Part shown: one piece after another, positions 1 to 8,247 of the stretch
How the letters are laid out: each line of letters opens with the position of its first letter
How positions within the stretch are numbered: position 1 is the first letter of the stretch
Assembly: GCA_051003195.1 (NCBI GenBank)
Contig: JBPCLP010000024.1
Location: 1-64,000, forward strand
Direction: 5' to 3'
Length of the DNA: 64,000 nucleotides
Origin: Candidatus Sumerlaeaceae bacterium
GTDB taxonomy: Bacteria; Sumerlaeota; Sumerlaeia; Sumerlaeales; Sumerlaeaceae
Notes under the pieces: model-generated
Database searches by the model: none
Seen by the model: only the letters and a program-made list of their open reading frames with translations
Told to the model about the DNA's origin: nothing
Position numbers and translations under genes: made by a program

Positions 1-36
1 GATCAAACTTCTCACAGAAGGCACTTAGCCCGCCCC

Positions 37-166
37 TTACCACAGAGGCACAGAGACTCAGAGCTTTCACAGAGGAAAACACTTCTGCAATTTGTAAGGG
101 TTCTTACCACGTTAGTCACAATAAGCAACTCAGTGCATACTCTGTGTCTCTGTGCCTCTGTGGTAA
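37..166. repeat. REP/MITE-like inverted repeat with 21-bp perfect arms
   Basis: TTACCACAGAGGCACAGAGAC (37-57) is the exact reverse complement of GTCTCTGTGCCTCTGTGGTAA (146-166); arms are built from CACAGAG units. Confidence 0.85.
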
Positions 167-546
167 AATACGTTAATGTTTTGCCGAATTTGCTTGTTGC
201 CCAGTCTGGCACGTCGAGCAATGGCCCTCATCCGGAGATGCCCGCACGCACCGGCGCACGTTCGCCAAAAAAATCTTCTTCGACTTTATTGGACTTAGCC
301 CACCTCAAGGGTACGCCAGGGAAGTGACACCCCCTCCACAACTGGTGTATACCTGCCCGCGTAGTAAAGCTGAGCACGTTCTTTGACAACTATGCAGCCC
401 GAACGCCGTGACCGACGGCAAAGGTACCTCTGCGCCCAATCCGCGTGGCATTTTACGTCCATGCGCCTGGCGGAAAAAGCTGCCCATCGCGCAAGGAAGC
501 CGGAGATCCACGGCCCCGGCGAATTCTTACGCGAGGATTACCGCTA

Positions 547-1039
547 TTCAAGTGGCGAAATTACCAACTTGAACTTGAAAGAAGGAGACATTATGATGAC
601 CCTGGCAACGCAACCCCCCGTGCCTTACCGCCGTCCATGCCGCCGACGATTCCGAGTCCGGCTTGTTCTCCGCAATCCGCACTCGAAAGTACTCCGAAAT
701 CCGCAATCCGAAATCCGCACTCGATCTGGAGGCAACATGATCTGAACATTACGGAAATCAAAGGGCGAAATTACCCCCTTCGGCCTGTTTGATTTAAATC
801 GTTAAATGCCAACGAGCGACGCAATTGTTTGATTAGTTTTTGATTAGCTTTGATTGAGGCTCGCCCCACCGTTTTAAAGCAACCTGGCAAATTCGCAGGC
901 GATGCGTAAAAGGCAATACCCGGGTTGTATGGTGCGGCACGCGGTGACGCACTCCCAGGGCGGCGTCCGTTTTTGTTCGCGTGTGCCCACATTACCTTTC
1001 CGTTACTGTTTTTCAAGTGGCGATATACCTTAACTTGAA
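547..1039. promoter_or_regulatory. Three copies of a GGCGA(A/T)AT(T)ACC core, each within a hairpin (putative operator or RNA motif)
   Basis: TTCAAGT-GGCGAAATTACC-A-ACTTGAA at 547-573; AAG-GGCGAAATTACC-CCCTT at 761-780; TTCAAGT-GGCGATATACC-TTA-ACTTGAA at 1012-1039. Confidence 0.45.
669..724. repeat. Heptamer tandem repeat AATCCG(C/A)
   Basis: AATCCGC-AATCCGA-AATCCGC at 698-718 plus a further unit at 674-680; the same 21-mer recurs at 31464. Confidence 0.8.
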
Positions 1040-1156
1040 TACGCGAAAACTGGCAGTCCACACAGCCGCCTGGCAATCACAACACCGCTTGACCGTCTGG
1101 GCCGCACACCCAACGACGTGTCCGCCAGCTTATTATAGTCCCCGAAAGGCTCCACC

Positions 1157-2191
1157 TTGACCGCTACTAATTATCGCTTCTCCTTTGGGCCCTGGAATAT
1201 CAGTGAGGGGCAGGACCCCTACGGCCCGCCCACCCGGGAGCCGCGCGAGTTCGCCTGGAAGCTGCAGCAGGCGAAGCGACTCGGATTCGATGCAATCATG
1301 TTTCACGACGACGACGTCGTACCCGAGATCGACGGCAAGTCTGCGCGCCAGGTGCTGGATGAGGCCACGCGCATAAAGCAGATGCTGGATGACGCCGGCC
1401 TTACCGCCGAGATCGTCGCGCCACGGCTCTGGTTTGCGCCACAGACGATTGACGGTGCGTACACGAGTAACGACGCGAGTGCCAGGCAGTACGCAGTGGA
1501 AAGGTCGCTGCAATGCATCGACATTGCGAACGTGCTTGGGACGGACCTGGTTGTGCTATGGCTGGCGCGTGAGGGGACTTACCTGCGTGAGGCCAAGAAC
1601 GGACGGCGCAGCATGGAGCTGCTCGTCGAGGCGATCGATAAGATGCTCGCCCATGATCCGAAAATCAGGATTGCCATTGAGCCGAAGCCGAATGAGCCGA
1701 TGGATCATGCCTACGTTCCAACGATTGGCCATGCCCTGGCACTCGCACATTCAACGTCGGACCCGGCTCGCGTCGGGGGTCTGATCGAAACGGCGCATTG
1801 CATATTGGCTGGTCTTGATCCGGCGGACGAAATGGATTTTGCACTCGCGGCAGGTAAACTGTGGTCCGTGCATCTGAACGACCAGAACGGACTGAAGTTC
1901 GACCAGGATAAACCTTTCGGCAGCGCGAACCTGCGCACCGCATTTAACCAGGTACGGGTGCTCGAGCGAAACGCCTATGGGAGCAATGGCGAATGCGTGG
2001 CATTTGATGTGCATTCTTTCCGTGCAACCACCGCAGAGCACTCGCTGGATCATCTTTCCAACAGCCGGAAAACTTTCCTCAAGCTACTCGAAAAAGTACG
2101 GAGCTTTGATCAGCCTGCTGCGGATGCGATGATTGCAGAAAGAAATTACCAGGCGCTGGACCAGATGGTGATCGAACATCTGCTTGGGTGA
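1157..2191 (+). CDS. xylA: Xylose isomerase (class I type)
   Basis: FSFGPW, FHDDD, WLAREG, EPKPNEP, ETAH and HLNDQ..KFDQD metal-binding motifs; TTG start. Confidence 0.85.
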   Translation: MTATNYRFSFGPWNISEGQDPYGPPTREPREFAWKLQQAKRLGFDAIMFHDDDVVPEIDGKSARQVLDEATRIKQMLDDAGLTAEIVAPRLWFAPQTIDGAYTSNDASARQYAVERSLQCIDIANVLGTDLVVLWLAREGTYLREAKNGRRSMELLVEAIDKMLAHDPKIRIAIEPKPNEPMDHAYVPTIGHALALAHSTSDPARVGGLIETAHCILAGLDPADEMDFALAAGKLWSVHLNDQNGLKFDQDKPFGSANLRTAFNQVRVLERNAYGSNGECVAFDVHSFRATTAEHSLDHLSNSRKTFLKLLEKVRSFDQPAADAMIAERNYQALDQMVIEHLLG

Positions 2192-2224
2192 TCAGATCGA
2201 AATTCAGAAGGACTTAATCGAAAA

Positions 2225-4231
2225 ATGAAGTGTTTGATCGCCGGCGTGCTGATGTTCTATGCATGTTGCCTGTCCGCAGCCGGGGAAACAAGTGCCAGTG
2301 CCAGCGGGACTACCGCCACCGTGCTAAACTCACCGCTCGGCGAGGCCGCGATTCGCGAGAACGCGTATGCTGCGGATTTTACAACGACACAAATGCCCAT
2401 GTTGCAAATCGATTCCTCAGGTACCACGTTCCCATGGACGCACCTGGACTTCAATAATTCGCCGCGCAACTTCCAGTTCGCCATCGTAACCGATCGCACA
2501 GGCGGCGTGCGTCCCGGTATTTTCGAAGACGCCGTACGCAAGCTGAACCTGTTGCAGCCCGAGTTCGTGATGAGTGTAGGCGACCTGATTTCCGGCTATA
2601 CGCAACAGCCGGAGGAAATCCTGGCCCAGTGGCAGGAATTCATGGGCTTTGTAAAACAGCTGAAGATGCCGTTTTTTTATGTGCCGGGAAACCACGATTT
2701 GGCCAATCCTGTCCAGCACGCATTGTGGGAGCAGGTCATCGGGAGGAAGTACTACTCTTTCACGTACGGTGACGTGCTGTTCCTCTGCGTGAACAGTGAG
2801 GACCCCGCTGCGAACATCGGTGACGAACAGGTTGCGTATTTCGATAAAGTGCTGCGCGAAAACCCCAACGTCCGGTGGACACTGGTGTTTCTGCACCGCC
2901 CGCTGTGGGTTGCCAAAGAGAGAACAGTGCATCCCGACCAGGAAACGTACGCCATGTCGGGATGGGAAAACATGGAGCGCGTGCTCCAAGGCAGACCGTA
3001 TACCGTCTTCGCTGGTCATTTTCACAATTACACCAAGGAAGTGCGGCACGATCAGCGATACATTACGCTGGCGACAACCGGCGGCGGTACACAGCTGCGC
3101 GGCGCGCTTAACTACGGAGAGTTCGACCACTTCGCATGGGTAACCATGACCGACAGTGGTCCAATCATCGCCAACCTTGAACTCGGCGGAATCTGGGACG
3201 AGGATGTGCGTACCAGCAGCGTGGCCCGCATGGTTAACCAGATGGTGCGACAGGGGATCCAGGCGCGCCCCGTCGTTACGCCGCCCATTCCATTCACTAG
3301 CGCGACAGCACAGCTGCGGCTGACCAACAATGCAGACATTCCGTTGAAGCTGTGGGTGAATTTCGACAGGTATTCCGGGTTGAACCTGACACCGAATGGA
3401 TTTGAGAAGACGGTCCAGCCAAACAGCGTGGAGCTGGTGGAAGTCTCGGTTTCGGGAGCGCGCGTACGCGATCCTCTTGAATTGCAGAACAAGCCCCTGC
3501 GTTTCCGCTGGCGTAGTCTGTACGAACCCGAGGGACAACGGAAGATTGAGTTGTCGGGGCAGAGGGAGATAGAAGTGTTTGCGCCGTTATACTGCACCAG
3601 CCGCACGCGGCCGGTTAACATCAACGGCTTAGTGGATGAATGGTCCACGCTGCCGATCGCCATGCGAAAGCCGCACCAGGCTGACGGCCGAAAGCCTTGG
3701 AGGGGTGTTGCAGATGCCCGGGTGGACTGCGCCGTGCAATCTGACGAAGAGTTCGTCTACGTAGCGGCAGACGTAACCGACGACGTTGTTGTTACAAGCG
3801 CGAGTATTACAGAGGGTCTGCCGGACAGTATTGAATTGCGCATCCGCGCCGCGACCGATGGCAGTTCTACGACCCAGGCATCGGCCGAACGTCTCAACAA
3901 GCGGCAGTTGCGGCGCCGTTCTCGGGCACCTCGCCATGCAAGCAAGCATGAGCTACTGCTTAAAACAGGGCCGGCACTGGTGCCGCATCGCGCCGACAAG
4001 GCGGCAGCGGCATGCGCCGAGAAGGCCGGAGGATATACCGCTGAATTCGCAATTCCGATTTCTGCATTGCACGCGATCGGAGCGGACGACGAACATTTTC
4101 AGCTCAATCTGACACTGACAGATCGCGACAAGATCGAGGCGCCCGCCGCCGCGCGGCTTTGGTGGCAGCCGGACTGGAGTGGCCCCATGGCCATAGACGG
4201 AGCGGGCGTATTTATTATTAAAGGACGTTAG
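2225..4231 (+). CDS. Secreted calcineurin-like metallophosphoesterase with C-terminal CBM9/DOMON-like sugar-binding domain
   Basis: Signal peptide; D, GD, GNHD, H and GHFH motifs; C-terminal INGLVDEW...YVAADVTDD...DSIELRI...GYTAEFAIP pattern. Confidence 0.75.
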   Translation: MKCLIAGVLMFYACCLSAAGETSASASGTTATVLNSPLGEAAIRENAYAADFTTTQMPMLQIDSSGTTFPWTHLDFNNSPRNFQFAIVTDRTGGVRPGIFEDAVRKLNLLQPEFVMSVGDLISGYTQQPEEILAQWQEFMGFVKQLKMPFFYVPGNHDLANPVQHALWEQVIGRKYYSFTYGDVLFLCVNSEDPAANIGDEQVAYFDKVLRENPNVRWTLVFLHRPLWVAKERTVHPDQETYAMSGWENMERVLQGRPYTVFAGHFHNYTKEVRHDQRYITLATTGGGTQLRGALNYGEFDHFAWVTMTDSGPIIANLELGGIWDEDVRTSSVARMVNQMVRQGIQARPVVTPPIPFTSATAQLRLTNNADIPLKLWVNFDRYSGLNLTPNGFEKTVQPNSVELVEVSVSGARVRDPLELQNKPLRFRWRSLYEPEGQRKIELSGQREIEVFAPLYCTSRTRPVNINGLVDEWSTLPIAMRKPHQADGRKPWRGVADARVDCAVQSDEEFVYVAADVTDDVVVTSASITEGLPDSIELRIRAATDGSSTTQASAERLNKRQLRRRSRAPRHASKHELLLKTGPALVPHRADKAAAACAEKAGGYTAEFAIPISALHAIGADDEHFQLNLTLTDRDKIEAPAAARLWWQPDWSGPMAIDGAGVFIIKGR

Positions 4232-4232
4232 C

Positions 4233-4883
4233 ATGGAACACGAGATGTGTCCAGTTGGAATAAGACTCACCGGGCGGCGTGTAGTTTTTGCGGGCGCTGG
4301 GGAGGTAGCCCAACGCAAAATCCAGCGTGTGCTCAAAATGGGTGCGAGCATTACTGTAATTGCGCCTGAAGCCGCGGCCGAGATCGAGCAGCTTGCGGCT
4401 TCCGGAACCATCTCGTTAAGTCCCCGCACCGCTGAGCCATCGGATTTCGCGGGCGCGTTCCTCGCGTTTATTGCAACCAGTGACGGCGACGCGAACCGCG
4501 CTCTCGCGCAGGCGGCCCGAAGTCACGGTGCACTGGTCAACCAGGCCGACGATCCGGATAACTGCGATTTCGTGCTCCCGGCCCTGGCTTATATGAACAC
4601 GCTGCGGATCGGCGTGTTCAGCGAATCGCCGGCGCTTTCGAAGTGGGTGCGCCGCTACCTTGAGCGCACTCTGGGCGATAAGTTCCCGGAATTTGCCGGC
4701 GTCTTTGGTCGAATCCGGCAGAAGATCCGTATGCTCGAACTCCCACAGCAAGTGCGAGCGGAGATCGTTAGCCGGCTGCTCAACGAGGGGTTGTACGAAA
4801 CCTACCGTGATTCCGGCGAAAAGGCAACCATCGCACACGCGGAGACTGTGGTAAGGGAGTATGTGCCGAAAGGAAAGAACTAG
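4233..4883 (+). CDS. Precorrin-2 dehydrogenase / sirohydrochlorin ferrochelatase (SirC/Met8/CysG N-terminal type)
   Basis: GAGEVAQRK Rossmann motif, [22 protein letters not shown]. Confidence 0.85.
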   Translation: MEHEMCPVGIRLTGRRVVFAGAGEVAQRKIQRVLKMGASITVIAPEAAAEIEQLAASGTISLSPRTAEPSDFAGAFLAFIATSDGDANRALAQAARSHGALVNQADDPDNCDFVLPALAYMNTLRIGVFSESPALSKWVRRYLERTLGDKFPEFAGVFGRIRQKIRMLELPQQVRAEIVSRLLNEGLYETYRDSGEKATIAHAETVVREYVPKGKN

Positions 4884-5854
4884 TTATCTGCGGATTGTTC
4901 CAGCCTATGGACATCTGCATCAACCATACGGGTTACAAGCTCGTGAAACGGCACAACGGGTTTCCAGCCAAGCACGCGGCGGGCCTTGCTTGGATCACCG
5001 ATCAGTAGATTCACCTCGGCGGGGCGGAAGAAGTTCGGATCGATGATGACGTGGTCTTCGAAGTTCTTTCCCACGTGTGCGAACGCGACTTCGCAAAATT
5101 CCCGTACACTGTGCGTCTCGCCGGTAGCGACCACATAATCGTCCGGCGTGTCGTGTTGCAGCATGCGATACATGGCGTCGACGTACTCCGGGGCATAGCC
5201 CCAGTCTCGTTTTGCTTCCAGGTTACCGAGCGCAAGCTTGTCCTGCTGCCCTTTTGCAATTTTGGCCACAGCCATCGTAATTTTTCGCGTTACGAATTCT
5301 TCTCCGCGGCGCTCGCTCTCGTGATTGAACAGGATTCCATTGCAGGTGAAAAGATCGTAGCCTTCGCGATAGTTAACGGTGGCCCAATAGGCTGCGACTT
5401 TCGCGACGCCATACGGGCTACGCGGGTGGAACGGTGTCCGTTCCGTCTGTGGCACCTGCTGTACCTGTCCGAACATCTCGCTGCTGCTTGCCTGGTAAAA
5501 CCGTGAATGCGGACTGGTCTGTCGCATGGCTTCCAGCAGGCGCAGGCAGCCTGAGCCAGTAATATCGAATGTACTTTCGGGTGTTTTAAAGCTCCATGCC
5601 ACATGGCTCTGGGCAGCGAGATTATAGATCTCGTCGGGCTGAACACTGCTCAGAATTTCGCGCAGCGACAGGCTGTCGGTGAGGTCCCCATGCTCGATGT
5701 GCAGGAACTTGGAAAGCGGGCCGATGCGCTGCTCAACGTGCTGGCTGGAGCGGCGCAGCAGCCCGTAGACTTCGTAACCTTTTTCATGCAGAAGCTCTGC
5801 CAGGTAATAGCCGTCTTGGCCAGTAAGACCGGTTATGAGTGCTTTTTTTGCCAT
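4880..5854 (-). CDS. gmd: GDP-mannose 4,6-dehydratase
   Basis: [56 protein letters not shown]. Confidence 0.97.
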   Translation of the reverse strand: MAKKALITGLTGQDGYYLAELLHEKGYEVYGLLRRSSQHVEQRIGPLSKFLHIEHGDLTDSLSLREILSSVQPDEIYNLAAQSHVAWSFKTPESTFDITGSGCLRLLEAMRQTSPHSRFYQASSSEMFGQVQQVPQTERTPFHPRSPYGVAKVAAYWATVNYREGYDLFTCNGILFNHESERRGEEFVTRKITMAVAKIAKGQQDKLALGNLEAKRDWGYAPEYVDAMYRMLQHDTPDDYVVATGETHSVREFCEVAFAHVGKNFEDHVIIDPNFFRPAEVNLLIGDPSKARRVLGWKPVVPFHELVTRMVDADVHRLEQSADN

Positions 5855-5977
5855 GGATGCAGGTTTCGTGGTGGATTGCCGGGTTCAACTCATTTCAGTC
5901 CGCTTTTTAGAACCGCAGGAGAACGACGTTCAGCACTGGCGGCGAATAGCAGTTAAGCTGCGCTGTGAAATAGCGCT

Positions 5978-7297
5978 GTGTCAGATTACAGGCCCATCGC
6001 CGCCGCCGCGCCCCGCGTTTACGTAGAGACATATGGTTGCTCTTTCAATGTGTCGGATGGCGAAGTGATGGCAGGTTTGCTTGTGCGCGACGGCTTTGAG
6101 CTCGCCGACTCCGTCGAAGATGCCGACGCAGTCATTGTGAACAGTTGCACTGTAAAGGACCGCACCTATCGCGAGCTCCAGAAACGGGTACACGGGCTTG
6201 GAACTGAGAATGATGCATCTCCAAAAGTAATACTCGCCGGTTGTGCGCCGCGAGTTCCGCAGCAGTCGGCGCAATTTCGTGAGTACTCGCAGCTTGGGCC
6301 TGATAACCTTGCGTCGGTGGCGGATGTTGTTCGCCGGACGCTTAGCGGTGAACGGGTGCAACGGCTGGAGCGAGTGCATGCGGGCGACCGCCTTGAGCTG
6401 CCTGTTCGCCGGCGCAATCCCGCTGTGGAGATCATCCCGATCAATAAGGGATGCCTCGGCGCATGCACGTTCTGCCAGACGGTGCTTGCGCGCGGAAGGC
6501 TGGTGTCGTTTTCTGAAGAACAAATTTTGCGCCGCATCGAAGCTGCCGTTGCGGAAGGGGTGAGCCAGATCTGGTTGACCAGCCAGGACTGCGGCGCTTA
6601 CGGCCTGGATTGTGGCACGAACCTGCCGCGACTGATGCGACGGATCGCGCGAATCGACGGCGACTTTAAAGTGCGTGTCGGCATGGCAAACCCTGACCTG
6701 ATCAAGCTGTACCTGTCAGAATTTGTCGAAGCACTTGCGCACGAGAAGTTCTTCCAATTTGCACACATCCCCGTGCAGAGTGGCAGCGACGAAGTTCTCC
6801 GCGATATGAAGCGACTGTATACCCGGGATGATTTTCTGCGTATCTGCGACGGCCTGCGTACACGTATACCCGATGTGACGCTGGCGACTGATGTGATTGC
6901 CGGATATCCAACGGAGTCGGACGATTGCTTCAATAAGACGTTGGAACTGCTGCGGCATACCAGGGTTCCTGTGGTGAATCGCTCGCGATTTTCTCCGCGT
7001 GTTGGAACCGCAGCAGCACGCCTGCGACCATTGCCTGGAAAGGTCATTGCGGATCGTTCGAACCAACTCTGTAATCTCGCGAAGCACATCAACGAGGCAG
7101 AACTGCAACGGTGGGTGGATTGGAGCGGGCGTGCCGTTATCGAGGAGAAGATGTCATCGGGTGCAGCGCTCGCTCGAAATTTCTTATATCATCCAATCGT
7201 GCTCTCAGAGAACTTATCGGTCGGCGAGCATAGACAGGTGCAGATTACCGCGCGCGAGGGCTTTCATCTTGAAGGTCGGGTACAGGGGATCGCTTGA
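5978..7297 (+). CDS. Radical SAM tRNA methylthiotransferase, archaeal/eukaryotic CDKAL1 (e-MtaB)-like
   Basis: UPF0004 domain (TYGCSFN, NSCTVK, AGC); CLGACTFC; IWLTSQDCGAYGLD; RVGMANP; HIPVQSGSD; C-terminal TRAM-like domain. Confidence 0.85.
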   Translation: MSDYRPIAAAAPRVYVETYGCSFNVSDGEVMAGLLVRDGFELADSVEDADAVIVNSCTVKDRTYRELQKRVHGLGTENDASPKVILAGCAPRVPQQSAQFREYSQLGPDNLASVADVVRRTLSGERVQRLERVHAGDRLELPVRRRNPAVEIIPINKGCLGACTFCQTVLARGRLVSFSEEQILRRIEAAVAEGVSQIWLTSQDCGAYGLDCGTNLPRLMRRIARIDGDFKVRVGMANPDLIKLYLSEFVEALAHEKFFQFAHIPVQSGSDEVLRDMKRLYTRDDFLRICDGLRTRIPDVTLATDVIAGYPTESDDCFNKTLELLRHTRVPVVNRSRFSPRVGTAAARLRPLPGKVIADRSNQLCNLAKHINEAELQRWVDWSGRAVIEEKMSSGAALARNFLYHPIVLSENLSVGEHRQVQITAREGFHLEGRVQGIA

Positions 7298-8187
7298 GCG
7301 CGAACGTCGAACCGCAGACCGTCCGAACAATTATAGATAAAACGGCTAAGTTCTTCGTGGCGAAAGGTATTCCCAGCGCGCGATTGGATGCCGAGCTGTT
7401 GCTGGCGGAAGTCCTGGGCATGGACCGCTTGCGGCTTTATATGAACTTCGACCGGCCGCTTAACGAGGAAGAACTCAATCGCGCGCGCGAGTTGGTACGC
7501 CGGCGCGCTACGCGTGAACCCGTTGCTTATATCCTCGGGCGGCGCGAATTTGCGTCCCGAATGTTCGAGGTAGATCCCTCTGTTTTAATTCCGCGCCCTG
7601 AGACAGAACTGCTTGTTGACGAGGCGGAGCAGGAGTTGAAGCGCCGTTTCCCGGACGCGGGATCCGCATTTCGCATCCTCGAATTCGGTGTTGGCAGCGG
7701 TGCCATTGCGGTTACGCTGGCTGCGAATTTGCCGGCTGCGCAAATTGTGGGTACCGAGATTTCGGCGGAAGCAGCAGCAACGGCTCGCCGCAATGCCGAC
7801 AAACATGGCGTTAGCGAGCGAATTGATTTACGTGTACAACCCGACTTTGCCGGAATCGAAGGGCCGTTCCACGCCATCGTCGCGAATCCACCTTACGTGG
7901 ACCCGGCTGATGCGCTGATGATGGCGGATGACGTCAAGCTTTACGAGCCTGCCGGGGCGCTGTTCGCGGAAGAGAATGGATTGCACTGGTATCGCCTTCT
8001 TGCCGTAGAGGCTCCGCGGTTGTTGGATCCCAATGGTTTTTTGCTTATGGAAATTGGACAGGGGCAAATGCCTGCAATCGCTCAAATTGCGAAAGGCGCC
8101 GGGCTCGATGTGGAACGAGTGAGCAAGGACTATGCGGGCACGGAGCGCATGATGAGAATGAGCCCCAGCGCGATTGCCCCAGGCTGA
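7294..8187 (+). CDS. prmC: Release factor glutamine methyltransferase
   Basis: LDAELLL, EPVAYILG, VLIPRPETE, GVGSGAI, NPPY; TTG start overlaps the upstream TGA. Confidence 0.95.
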   Translation: MSANVEPQTVRTIIDKTAKFFVAKGIPSARLDAELLLAEVLGMDRLRLYMNFDRPLNEEELNRARELVRRRATREPVAYILGRREFASRMFEVDPSVLIPRPETELLVDEAEQELKRRFPDAGSAFRILEFGVGSGAIAVTLAANLPAAQIVGTEISAEAAATARRNADKHGVSERIDLRVQPDFAGIEGPFHAIVANPPYVDPADALMMADDVKLYEPAGALFAEENGLHWYRLLAVEAPRLLDPNGFLLMEIGQGQMPAIAQIAKGAGLDVERVSKDYAGTERMMRMSPSAIAPG

Positions 8188-8247
8188 GAAGACTGGTGTT
8201 ATAAATATGAGGCCGAGCGAGCTGTTGAGCCCGCCCTGCTCCCCGAG

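Noticed and set aside
880..960. c-di-GMP-I riboswitch upstream of xylA
   Set aside because: GGCAAA and GACGCA fragments are present, but the GNRA-capped P2 stem and the spacing do not fit.
2417..3538. 373-aa minus-strand ORF
   Set aside because: Antisense shadow of the metallophosphoesterase gene, with no recognisable motifs.
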